Part shown: positions 8,909-20,841 of the stretch, piece by piece
Position numbering within the stretch: the first letter of the stretch is position 1
How the letters are laid out: each line of letters opens with the position of its first letter
Source: an uncultured Planctomycetota bacterium
Lineage (GTDB): Bacteria > Planctomycetota > Phycisphaerae > SM23-33
Direction: 5' to 3'
Length of the DNA: 64,000 nt
NCBI GenBank assembly: GCA_903892515.1
Contig: CAITIS010000067.1
Location: forward strand, 65,347 to 129,346
Notes under the pieces: generated by a model
Told to the model about the DNA's origin: nothing
Database searches by the model: none
The model's input: the letters and a program-made list of their open reading frames with translations, nothing else
Translations under genes and position numbers: made by a program

Positions 8909-10429
8909 CTACTCGCGCAGCTTCCTCTGCACCGTTTCGACCACGGATGAGGCGGCGATGCGTTCCTGCTTGAGGCTGTCGCGGTCGCGGATCGTCACGC
9001 TGCCGTCGGTGGCGGTCTGGCCGTCGATCGTCACGCAGTACGGCGTGCCGGCTTCGTCCTGGCGGCGGTAGCGCCGGCCCACGGCACCCTTCTCGTCATA
9101 GAAGGCCGTCAGCCCGGCCTTCTTGCATTCGCGGTAGACCTTGTCCGCCGACTCGGGCATGCCGTCCTTCTTCACCAGCGGGAAGATCGCCACCTTGATA
9201 GGTGCCAGCCGCGGGTGAAAACGCAGCACAGTCCGCGTCTGCATCGCCCCGTTCTCGTCGGGGGCCTCGTCCTCGGTGTACGCCTCGCACAGGAAGGCCA
9301 GCGTGGCGCGGTCGCAGCCGCCGGAGGGCTCAATGACGTACGGGATGTACCGCTCCTTCGACTCGTCGTCGAAGTAGGCCATGTCCTTGCCGCTGAACTT
9401 CTGATGCTGCGTAAGGTCAAAGTCGGTCCGGTTGGCGATGCCTTCCAACTCGGCCGTGCCGAACGGGAAATCGTACTCCACGTCGGCGCAGGCCCGCGCG
9501 TAGTGGGCCAGTTCTTCCTTTTCATGGGAGCGCAGATGCAACTTACTGCTCTTCAAGCCCAGGTTGATGTACCACTGGTAGCGCGTGTCGCGCCAGTACT
9601 CGTACCACTTGTCGGCCTCGCTGGGATGGCAGAAAAACTCGATCTCCATTTGCTCGAACTCGCGGCTGCGGAAGGTGAAGTTGCGCGGGTTGATCTCGTT
9701 GCGGAAGCTCTTGCCGATCTGGGCGATGCCAAAGGGCGGCTTGATCCGCGCCGTGTCCAGCACGTTGCGATAGTTAGCGAAGATGCCCTGGGCCGTCTCG
9801 GGCCGGAGGTACGCCACGCTGGTGGAATCCTCCATGGCCCCGACGAAGGTCTTGAACATCATGTTGAACTTGCGGGCGTCGGTGAGGTGACCGCCACACA
9901 TCGGGCAGATACCGGCCGGGCCGCCCTCGACCGCGTGATCGACGCGAACGACCGACCAGGTCAGACGGTCGGCCTTTTCTTCCAGGCGGCGACGCGTCTT
10001 GCTGTTGGCCTTGGCGATGGCTTCGGCCTTGGCTTGTTCATCACCGTCGGCCTCGACGCCGGCCTGGTGCACGACCTCTTCGCCGGCCATGGCGATGACC
10101 ATGTACACCTTGTCGGCGCGGAAGCGGGCCTTGCAGCCCTTGCAGTCCACCAGCGGGTCGTTGAAGTTGACCACGTGGCCGGAGGCTTCCCAGACCTTGG
10201 GGTTCATGATGATCGAGCAGTCCAGGCCGACGACGTCGTCGCGCTGGCGGACGATGGTGTTCCACCACTCGTCCTTGACGTTCTTCTTGAGCTCGACGCC
10301 CAGGGGCCCGTAGTCCCAGAAGCCGTTGATGCCGCCGTAGATTTCGGAGGATTGAAAGATGAAGCCGCGGCGCTTGCACAGCCCCACGAGTTTTTCCATC
10401 AAGTCGCCGGGTTTGCTCTCTTTAGCCAT
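8909..10429 (-). CDS. glyQS: glycine--tRNA ligase (class II, single-chain dimeric type)
   Basis: 506 aa. N-terminus RRGFIFQSSEIYGGINGFWDYGPLG plus class II motifs and anticodon-binding C-terminus. Confidence 0.9.
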   Translation of the reverse strand: MAKESKPGDLMEKLVGLCKRRGFIFQSSEIYGGINGFWDYGPLGVELKKNVKDEWWNTIVRQRDDVVGLDCSIIMNPKVWEASGHVVNFNDPLVDCKGCKARFRADKVYMVIAMAGEEVVHQAGVEADGDEQAKAEAIAKANSKTRRRLEEKADRLTWSVVRVDHAVEGGPAGICPMCGGHLTDARKFNMMFKTFVGAMEDSTSVAYLRPETAQGIFANYRNVLDTARIKPPFGIAQIGKSFRNEINPRNFTFRSREFEQMEIEFFCHPSEADKWYEYWRDTRYQWYINLGLKSSKLHLRSHEKEELAHYARACADVEYDFPFGTAELEGIANRTDFDLTQHQKFSGKDMAYFDDESKERYIPYVIEPSGGCDRATLAFLCEAYTEDEAPDENGAMQTRTVLRFHPRLAPIKVAIFPLVKKDGMPESADKVYRECKKAGLTAFYDEKGAVGRRYRRQDEAGTPYCVTIDGQTATDGSVTIRDRDSLKQERIAASSVVETVQRKLRE

Positions 10430-10889
10430 GTCTGAGACTCTCCTAATGACTGTCCGGCTGGGCCGGAAAGATTCAGATCATAGGCCCCTGGGGGCGAGAA
10501 AACAACGCTTTGCATGGTATGGCGTCGCATGTCGATGTAACTATGGCACACAACCATCGCATATCGAGCAGGCCCTTCAGAGGTTTGGCCAGAGGCGTGT
10601 CGTTCGGGCGGCGCCACCCTGCGGGAGTCCCAACATGGTCATCCCAGACGGCGGGATTGACCATGCCACCCCAAAATCGCCCATCTACGAGCGGTTATAC
10701 GCTACAGACCGCACGGCCCGGAAAGGTCAGCCAGATTCGCACCCCATATCCGCCATTTTCTCCAGATTCAAATGTGCGTAACGCAATGGTGACAAGACAC
10801 TTGCGTATTCACTTTTGGCCTATTCAATCTGAACAAATCGGATACTATGAAGTCAGAGGAAGCACCGATTGCCCAAGGAGGTAATCCCA

Positions 10890-10961
10890 ATGTCTCGCAC
10901 GCTACGTCACAAGATCAAAGTGTTGCTGTTCGTCGCACTCAGCTTCGCCGCGATGTGCTAG
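10890..10961 (+). CDS. candidate small ORF (23 aa, MSRTLRHKIKVLLFVALSFAAMC) with canonical Shine-Dalgarno
   Basis: AAGGAGGT 8 nt upstream of ATG. Hydrophobic signal/TM-like peptide. Followed at once by a long hairpin. No homolog recognised. Confidence 0.25.
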   Translation: MSRTLRHKIKVLLFVALSFAAMC

Positions 10962-10963
10962 TA

Positions 10964-11009
10964 GTCCTTCGACTCTGATTTTGCAGTCACAAAATCACAG
11001 TCGAAGGAC
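10964..11009 (+). other. long near-perfect hairpin (11-bp outer stem GTCCTTCGACT / AGTCGAAGGAC) following the small ORF
   Basis: Inverted repeat read directly. No clear T-tract, so terminator assignment is uncertain. Confidence 0.4.
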
Positions 11010-11228
11010 TACAGAGCAGGCGAGCAGCAGAACAGGTGAGCAGGCGAGAAGACTGACCGCTCGCCTGCGGTCGCCTGTTCACCTGCTCACGACTCACAGA
11101 ATCGACGGTGACGAATATCACTGCGTCACCTTCGGTGAACGCACCGGGCCAGCGAGCGATTGAGTCGATGAACACACGACCAGTGGCCGGTGAAACTCCG
11201 GCCCACGCCCGCAGCCGGCCTGCGGGTT

Positions 11229-13962
<2,734 letters not shown>

Positions 13963-14198
13963 CGATTCCCTTTCCTGGTCGGAGGTCAATTGCCCCGCCA
14001 CTGTATGGCCCGCGACGGGTTCTCGTCAAGCCGATGTGGAGTGGCATCCACATTCCCTGCCTCCCGAACAAATCTCTCGACAGCCGCGTGGTAACAAAGT
14101 ATTGATGGGCGCCAAAGTCGCAAATCCGCCGGGGACTGGGCGTTGACACGAATGATTGCCTTTGCTAAGATTTGGTGCTTTTAACGAAGAGGTTCGCT

Positions 14199-14582
14199 AT
14201 GGCTGGAAAGCTTGAAGGAAAGAAGATTCTGCTGGTTGACGATGATCAGGACATTCTGGCGTCGCTGCAGATGGCGTTGGCCGACACCGGTGCGACGATC
14301 CAAACCGCCAGCGATGGCAATACCGCCGTCGAAATGGCCCAGACCTTCCAGCCTGACCTGATGGTGCTGGACCTGATGATGCCCAAGCGAAGCGGCTTTT
14401 TGGTCTTGGACACCATCAAGAAGGGCAAGAAGAAGGGCGATGCTCCCAGGGTGATTATGATCACCGGCAACACGGGCATGCGGCACCGGGCGTACGCCGA
14501 GAGCCTGGGCGTCAGCAAGTACTTCAATAAGCCCTTCCGCATGGACCGGATGGTCGAGTCAGTGATGGGATTGCTGTCTTAG
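14199..14582 (+). CDS. single-domain response regulator (CheY-like receiver)
   Basis: KKILLVDDD ... DLMVLDLMMP ... K receiver motifs. GAAGAGG SD-like purine-rich sequence ends 8 nt upstream of the ATG. Confidence 0.8.
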   Translation: MAGKLEGKKILLVDDDQDILASLQMALADTGATIQTASDGNTAVEMAQTFQPDLMVLDLMMPKRSGFLVLDTIKKGKKKGDAPRVIMITGNTGMRHRAYAESLGVSKYFNKPFRMDRMVESVMGLLS

Positions 14583-14685
14583 GACGGCTTGACGAGACGA
14601 TACACGAAGCGATTGACAGAGAAAAACAGTACGGCCGACGGGATACGCTCGACGGCCAAGCAATGAAGGATAGTGAAAAGCAGGT

Positions 14686-14955
14686 ATGACCACCGACACG
14701 ATTGACAAGAAAAGCGTAGTGACCACCCACCAGCGGCATGAAGGCGACACGGGTTCAGCCGAGGTTCAGATCGCCCTGCTGACCGAGCGCATCAGCCACC
14801 TCACTGAGCACCTGCGGAGCCACAAGAAGGATTTTTCTTCCCGCCGCGGATTGCTCGTAATGGTCGGCAAGCGCAGCGGGATGCTGAAGTACCTGGCCAA
14901 GACTGACGTGGGCCGTTACCAGCAGATCATCGGCAAGCTGGGCCTGCGCAAGTAG
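14686..14955 (+). CDS. rpsO: 30S ribosomal protein S15
   Basis: 89 aa. Typical S15 sequence ([37 protein letters not shown]) upstream of pnp. Confidence 0.9.
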   Translation: MTTDTIDKKSVVTTHQRHEGDTGSAEVQIALLTERISHLTEHLRSHKKDFSSRRGLLVMVGKRSGMLKYLAKTDVGRYQQIIGKLGLRK

Positions 14956-15005
14956 CACGTCGAAGGCACTCCATAAGCCTCGGACGACCTGAGCGAAAAG
15001 GTCCT

Positions 15006-15032
15006 GAGCGGCTCTCTCCGCGCGAGCCGCTC
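15006..15032 (+). promoter_or_regulatory. 9-bp perfect stem hairpin (GAGCGGCTC..GAGCCGCTC) in rpsO-pnp intergenic leader
   Basis: Inverted repeat seen in sequence. Position matches the conserved rpsO terminator / pnp-leader processing hairpin. Confidence 0.4.
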
Positions 15033-15237
15033 CGGGCCCAAGGCTTCCAAGCTGTGGCAGCGCGGGTCTTTGATGTTTTCTGTACCCCGCAGGGACGCAC
15101 TGGCCGCCCTAGGGGCCGCCGGTGGTCGTCTGGACGGTTGGTCCTGCGCGGCGAGTATGAGTTGTGTCGGCATAGTGTCGGCTGTGAAATAGGCAAGTTG
15201 GTAGACAGGCAAACAAAGTAGGTAAGGCAAAGAGAAA

Positions 15238-17385
15238 ATGGCAACGATTGCAAGTGTAGAGAAGAAAATTGGATCCGGAACACTCACTATCGAAACTGGC
15301 CGTATGGCCAAGCAGGCTCATGGCGCCGTGACCGTGCGCTATGGCGACACCGTGGTGCTGGCGACGGTTCTGTCGGCCCCCTCCACCCGCGACCTGGATT
15401 TTTTCCCGCTGTACGTGGACTACCGCGAGATGCAGTACGCCGCGGGCAAGTTCCCCGGCGGGTTCTTCAAGCGTGAAGGCCGGCCCTCCTCCAAGGAGAT
15501 TCTGACCGCCCGGTTGATCGACCGCCCGATTCGCCCGCTGTTCCCCGATGATTTCAACGACGAAGTTCAGATTCAGTGCATGGTCATCGCCGCCGACAAG
15601 GAAAATGACGGCGACGTGCTGGCCGTGATCGGCTCCAGCGCCGCCCTGGCCTTGAGCCACGCGCCCTTCATGGGCCCGATGAGCTGCGTCCGCGTCGCCC
15701 GTGCCGACGGCAAGTTTGTCGCGTTCCCCTCATATACGGAGCGTGCCGCCAGCGACTTCGACCTGATCATTGCCGGCCACAGCAAGGCCGTGAACATGAT
15801 CGAGATGGGCGGCAAAGAAGTTCCCGAAGCCGACATGGTTGCCGCCTGCACCTTCGGCTTCGAGCAGATGCAGATCGTCATCGGCATGATCAACGAGCTG
15901 GTGGCCAAGGTCGGCAAGCCGACGACGTACGTGCCCACCCCGCTCTCCGAAGAGCTGATCAAGAAGGTCATCGGCATCGCCGGCGACCGCATGCGGAAGC
16001 TCAAGACCATCAAAGCCAAGCAGGAGCGCAACGCCGCCATGTCCGCCTTGGCCGACGAAGTTGTGGCCCAGCTTTGCCCGCCCGACGAGACGGCCCCGCA
16101 GTTCCTGCCCGCCGATGTCAAGGCCGCCTGCTACAAGGCCGAGGGCAAGATCCAGCGCGAGCTGATTCTCTCGGGCATCCGTCCTGATGGCCGAGGGCCC
16201 AAGGAAGTTCGCCCCATCAACATCGACTGCCCGGTCCTGCCCCGCGTCCACGGTTCGGCGTTGTTTTCCCGCGGCGAGACGCAGGCGTTGGCGATTGTGA
16301 CCCTGGGCACGCCGCGCGATCAGCAGAAGATCGACGGACTCCAGGAAGAGTACTTCAAGCGATTCCTGCTGCATTACAACTTCCCGCCCTTCAGCGTCGG
16401 CGAGATTCGTCCTGTTCGCGGCCCGTCGCGACGCGATATTGGCCACGGCGCCTTGGCCGAGAAGAGCCTCGAAGCCGTCATCCCCAGCCAGGAAGAGTTC
16501 CCGTACACGATCCGCGTTGTCAGCGAGATCATGGAGTCCAACGGCTCCAGCTCGATGGCGACGATTTGCGGCGGCTGCCTGGCCATGATGGATGCGGGCG
16601 TTCCGATCAAGACCCCGGTGGCGGGCATCAGCATCGGCCTGGTTCGCGAAGGCGACCGGAAGCTGCTGCTGACCGACATCATCGGCGAGGAAGACTTCCA
16701 TGGTGACATGGACTTCAAGGTCGCCGGCACCAAGAACGGCATCACCGGCATCCAGCTGGACTTCAAGCCCCCCACGGGCATCGATCTGCCGACAATTGCC
16801 GAGACGTTCGCCCAGGCCCGCGAGGCCCGCATGCACGTGCTGGCTGAGATGGCCAAGGCCCTGGCCGAGCCGCGTAAGGAAATCAGCCGCAATGCCCCGC
16901 ATCTGCTGTCGATCCATATCGACCCCGAGAAGATCGGCAAGGTCATTGGACCGGGCGGCAAGATGATCAACGGCCTGAGCCAGAAGTACGCCGTCACCAT
17001 CGATATAGAAGACGATGGCTCGATCTTCATCGGCGGTATGGATGCCGAAGGCGTCGAAGGCGCCCGCGGCGAAATCGAGGCCATTACCGAGGAGATCAAG
17101 GTCGGCAAGACATACACCGGAAAGGTGGTAGGAATTCGCGAATTCGGCGCGTTCCTGGAGATCGCCCCGGGCAAGGACGGACTTTGCCACATATCAGAAT
17201 TAGATGAAAAATACGTGAAAAATGTCGCCGATGCGGTTAACCTTGGTGACACCTTCAAGGTGAAGGTTATTGCCGTCGACGATCAAGGCCGAGTGAAGCT
17301 GTCCCGCAAGGCCGTGATGAAGGACGAGCGGCCAGCCGGCGAAGAGCCCACGGCCGAAGGCACGACCGAGGGCGAATCGAAGTAG
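15238..17385 (+). CDS. pnp: polyribonucleotide nucleotidyltransferase (PNPase)
   Basis: 715 aa. Two RNase PH domains plus C-terminal KH and S1 (GKVV.I..FGAF). Strong SD AAGGCAAAGAGAAAATG. Confidence 0.95.
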   Translation: MATIASVEKKIGSGTLTIETGRMAKQAHGAVTVRYGDTVVLATVLSAPSTRDLDFFPLYVDYREMQYAAGKFPGGFFKREGRPSSKEILTARLIDRPIRPLFPDDFNDEVQIQCMVIAADKENDGDVLAVIGSSAALALSHAPFMGPMSCVRVARADGKFVAFPSYTERAASDFDLIIAGHSKAVNMIEMGGKEVPEADMVAACTFGFEQMQIVIGMINELVAKVGKPTTYVPTPLSEELIKKVIGIAGDRMRKLKTIKAKQERNAAMSALADEVVAQLCPPDETAPQFLPADVKAACYKAEGKIQRELILSGIRPDGRGPKEVRPINIDCPVLPRVHGSALFSRGETQALAIVTLGTPRDQQKIDGLQEEYFKRFLLHYNFPPFSVGEIRPVRGPSRRDIGHGALAEKSLEAVIPSQEEFPYTIRVVSEIMESNGSSSMATICGGCLAMMDAGVPIKTPVAGISIGLVREGDRKLLLTDIIGEEDFHGDMDFKVAGTKNGITGIQLDFKPPTGIDLPTIAETFAQAREARMHVLAEMAKALAEPRKEISRNAPHLLSIHIDPEKIGKVIGPGGKMINGLSQKYAVTIDIEDDGSIFIGGMDAEGVEGARGEIEAITEEIKVGKTYTGKVVGIREFGAFLEIAPGKDGLCHISELDEKYVKNVADAVNLGDTFKVKVIAVDDQGRVKLSRKAVMKDERPAGEEPTAEGTTEGESK

Positions 17386-17711
17386 CACGGATTCGCTCAG
17401 ATGCATATCACAAGTTAGTGCAGTAGCCGCGATAGACGAAACCGGTCGGTCGGGCGGAGGGCGTCGCCTTCCGCCTGGCCGGACCGTTGACTGTCGAATA
17501 ACGCAAAAGGTGGTGGTGCGTTCGCGGACAAATAATCGGAAAGCGATGGCGGCGGGCATTAGTTCCGTTTCCGGCCGGAAGCGGGTGGCTCGGGGGTAGC
17601 AGCCGTCCCGAGTCCTTTGCCATCGCGGCTCATGTCATTTCGAAACACTGGATCTGGCCGGCCCCTCGGCTGAATTTCGTTCTGGGGCAGGACGAAAAAG
17701 GAGGTGGGATC

Positions 17712-17987
17712 ATGCCCACCGGGAAAGTGAAATGGTTTGATCCGAAGAAGGGGTATGGCTTCATCATTGGCGAGCAGGGCCAGGACGTCTTCGTCCATTA
17801 CACCAGCATCCAGGGTGATGGCTTCCGCGCTCTCAAAGATGGTGAGATCGTCACCTACGAGCTAGTCCAGGGCGACAAGGGACACCAGGCTCGGACCGTC
17901 ACGCGGCAGAAGGATATCGGGAAGCTCCCCGCTCTTCCCCGCCCCGCCGCCGGTCAGCAGAGCGGCTCGACTGCCCAGCTTTCTTAG
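17712..17987 (+). CDS. cold-shock protein (CspA family) with short C-terminal extension
   Basis: GKVKWFDPKKGYGFI..DVFVHYTSI cold-shock domain with RNP1/RNP2 motifs. ~325-bp upstream leader. Confidence 0.85.
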   Translation: MPTGKVKWFDPKKGYGFIIGEQGQDVFVHYTSIQGDGFRALKDGEIVTYELVQGDKGHQARTVTRQKDIGKLPALPRPAAGQQSGSTAQLS

Positions 17988-18093
17988 GAACTCGCAGGAG
18001 CGGCTTTCCGGCTTGCGGGGCAGGAACAGGCCGGGTGGTTCCGTGCAACTTCGCGCTCTGGCTTTTTGCCCCGGCGTCAGGCAGAATGCCGCA

Positions 18094-18915
18094 ATGCAAT
18101 GGCTTTTCTTTTCCTTGGGCGCCGCATCGGCCGCGATCGTGACGGCTGTCACCGTCTTGTTGCTCGTGCGCCGACGACTTCGCACTGCCCGCAACCTCAT
18201 CCGCCACGTCCACGACCATGAACACTTGGCCGAACTCGGCCGCCTTACCGGCGGCTTGGCCCACGAGATCAAGAACCCCTTGTCCACGATCCGGCTGAAC
18301 CTTCAGCTTCTGGCCGAGGACTTCCAACTGGCCGACGATGATATGGGCCGGCGGCACTATCAGCGGCTCAACCGGCTCCAGGACGAGGTCCAACGCCTGC
18401 ACGACATCCTGGGCGAGTTCCTCCGCTTCGTCTCTAATCAGGAACTGCACACCGACCAGCTCGACCTTCGACAGGCGCTAGAGGAATTGATCGATTTCTT
18501 TCGCCCCCAGGCCGAGGCTTCCCGCGTGGTCATTCGTGGCCTCATGCCGCCTCAACCCGTCCTGGTTGATGTGGACGTCACGCTCATTAAGCAGGCGGTG
18601 CTCAACCTGCTGATCAACGCCGTTCAGGCCATGCCCGAAGGCGGCGAGTTGATCCTCCGCCTGACCACCTCATTGAGCAAGGCCGTGCTGGAGGTCATAG
18701 ATACCGGGCCGGGTATCCCGCCTGACGTGCTGGGGCAGATCTTCGATGCGTACTACTCGACCCGCTCTGGAGGCACCGGCCTGGGGCTGCCGACCACGCG
18801 CCGGATCATCCGCCAGCACCATGGCCAGATCGCCGCCGACAGCGAACTGGGCAAGGGCACGCGTTTCCGTATAACCTTGCCTCTGGCCCGTCACAAACCG
18901 CCGACGAGCAAGTGA
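18094..18915 (+). CDS. sensor histidine kinase (single TM helix, HisKA + HATPase_c)
   Basis: TM helix at the N-terminus. H-box LTGGLAHEIKNPL. N, G1 and G2 boxes (DTGPGIP, GTGLGL). Confidence 0.8.
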   Translation: MQWLFFSLGAASAAIVTAVTVLLLVRRRLRTARNLIRHVHDHEHLAELGRLTGGLAHEIKNPLSTIRLNLQLLAEDFQLADDDMGRRHYQRLNRLQDEVQRLHDILGEFLRFVSNQELHTDQLDLRQALEELIDFFRPQAEASRVVIRGLMPPQPVLVDVDVTLIKQAVLNLLINAVQAMPEGGELILRLTTSLSKAVLEVIDTGPGIPPDVLGQIFDAYYSTRSGGTGLGLPTTRRIIRQHHGQIAADSELGKGTRFRITLPLARHKPPTSK

Positions 18916-18960
18916 TTCCCCAAGCACACGGCGCTGGAACTGTGTTGCTCAGGCCGCGTG

Positions 18961-19362
18961 TTACCAGCCGAATCCGAAGGAGAAGCCGTTGCCCGGATAG
19001 TAGTTGTACCCATATGGGTAGCTGTAGCTATACGGGTATCCATAGTAATACCCGTACGGGGCATAGTACGGATAGCTGCGGTAGTAATATCCCCGGCCGC
19101 CGCCGTATCCGCCCCAACCACGGCCGCCACCGCCCCAGCCATGCCCACCGTAGTGACCGCCCCGGCCTCCGCCGCGGTCGATGAAGTACATGTGAGCCTG
19201 ATTGTCTCCCTTCGCCAGCAGATCGCTTGCGATGGGCGCAGGGGCCGAACCGGATGCCGGCATTACGGCCAGTTGCTGATCGGGCACGACGGCCGCCGGT
19301 GCTGCAATGCACCAAACCATCGCTCCCGTAACGGCCACGAGTGTTAGAAGTAACTTGTTCAT
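18961..19362 (-). CDS. secreted Gly/Tyr/Arg-rich low-complexity protein
   Basis: Signal peptide MNKLLLTLVAVTGAMVWCIAAPAA. C-terminal half is GGRGGHYGGHGWGGGG...YYYGYPYSYSYPYGY repeats. Confidence 0.55.
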   Translation of the reverse strand: MNKLLLTLVAVTGAMVWCIAAPAAVVPDQQLAVMPASGSAPAPIASDLLAKGDNQAHMYFIDRGGGRGGHYGGHGWGGGGRGWGGYGGGRGYYYRSYPYYAPYGYYYGYPYSYSYPYGYNYYPGNGFSFGFGW

Positions 19363-19623
19363 GTCATCATCTCCCATGAACCGGGCGGGAACATTCCCGC
19401 CTCTTCTCTTGTTTAATACGAATGGCAACGGCTGTGGCTCAAACAGAGAAAGTTTGTGCTGCATTGAATCTCGTGTGAGATCCTGGCATGGGAACTCGCA
19501 GTTGGGCCGCGGCGCCCCTCCGGGTTCACCTGCTTCGATGCCCCTACGACCTATGACCTATGACCTATGACCTCGTCTTCGTTTGCTTGCTTCGTGGCCA
19601 GCGGCAGGTAAGATGTTCCGTCT

Positions 19624-20823
19624 ATGCTCGAGCGTATCAGGCGGATTGCCATTATTGGGTCCACCGGCAGCATCGGGCGGCAGGCCCTGGAAATCATTGC
19701 CAGCGACCGCCGCCGCTTTCATGCTTGCGCGTTGGCAGCGGCCAGCAGCGCCGACAAGCTCATCGAGCAGGCGCGGGCGTTCCGGCCTGAGTTCGTTGCC
19801 CTGGCCAAGCCGCCTGCTGACATGGCGAGCATTGCCGCCGCGCTGCCGGATGGCACGCGGCTACTCACCGGTCCCTCGGCGGCAGAAGATGCTGTTCGGC
19901 AAAGCCGGCCCGACATGGTCCTGACGGCGTTGGTCGGTTCCGCCGGCCTGGCTCCCACGCTGGCCGCCATTGACGTCAAGGCCGATCTGGCCATCGCCAA
20001 TAAGGAGTCGCTGGTCATGGCCGGGGCGGTGGTCATGCCCACCGCCAAGAAGGCCGGCATCAACGTCCTGCCGGTTGACAGCGAGCACTCAGCCTTGTTT
20101 CAGTGCCTGCTGGGCCACCGCCATCGCGACATCCGCCGCGTGGTCATCACGGCCTCAGGAGGGCCCTTCCGCGACTGGCCAATCGACCGCATTCAGTCGG
20201 CCTCGGTGCAACAGGCCCTCAATCACCCCACGTGGCAGATGGGCCCGAAAATCACGATCGACTCGGCCACGCTGATGAACAAGGCCCTGGAGATCATCGA
20301 GGCGCATTGGCTTTTCGATGTGCCCGCTGAGCAAATCGACGTGCTGATTCACCCCGAGTCCATCGTGCATGGCATGGTGGAATTCCGCGACGGCAGCGTA
20401 CTGGCCCAGATGGGCACGCCGTCGATGACGACCCCCATTGGCTTTGCGATGTATTACCCAGAGCGGGCGGCACAGGCCTGGGGGCTGCTGGACCTGGCCA
20501 AGGTCGGCACGCTACATTTTTCGGCCATCGATCCTGCGCGGCATCCGGCCATCGCTTTAGGGTATGATGTGATCCGTCGAGGCGGAACGGCCGGGGCGGT
20601 GCTCAACGGGGCCAACGAAACCGCGGTGGCCGCCTTCCTCGATGGCCGGATCGCCTTTGGGCAGATTATCCCGATTGTGCGGGATGTTCTGAACCAAGCC
20701 CAGCTTACGTCCGAAATAGATAAAGACGTCCTTTTGGCCGCCGATGCGCTTGCGCGCCGGCGGGCCGATGAACGGGTTGAGCAACTACAACAATCGACCC
20801 ATCCCCGCCCTGCGCGCGGATGA
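19624..20823 (+). CDS. dxr: 1-deoxy-D-xylulose 5-phosphate reductoisomerase
   Basis: N-terminal NADPH motif IAIIGSTGSIG and full Dxr layout (399 aa). Confidence 0.9.
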   Translation: MLERIRRIAIIGSTGSIGRQALEIIASDRRRFHACALAAASSADKLIEQARAFRPEFVALAKPPADMASIAAALPDGTRLLTGPSAAEDAVRQSRPDMVLTALVGSAGLAPTLAAIDVKADLAIANKESLVMAGAVVMPTAKKAGINVLPVDSEHSALFQCLLGHRHRDIRRVVITASGGPFRDWPIDRIQSASVQQALNHPTWQMGPKITIDSATLMNKALEIIEAHWLFDVPAEQIDVLIHPESIVHGMVEFRDGSVLAQMGTPSMTTPIGFAMYYPERAAQAWGLLDLAKVGTLHFSAIDPARHPAIALGYDVIRRGGTAGAVLNGANETAVAAFLDGRIAFGQIIPIVRDVLNQAQLTSEIDKDVLLAADALARRRADERVEQLQQSTHPRPARG

Positions 20824-20841
20824 GCCTGACACGAGGTCTTA

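Noticed and set aside
9215-10435. 406-aa plus-strand ORF
   Set aside because: Antisense to glyQS.
15730-17190. 486-aa minus-strand ORF
   Set aside because: Antisense to pnp.
17386-17711. Possible rho-independent terminator after pnp (GGCGGAGGG..CCTTCCGCC)
   Set aside because: Imperfect stem and no T-tract. Left unannotated.
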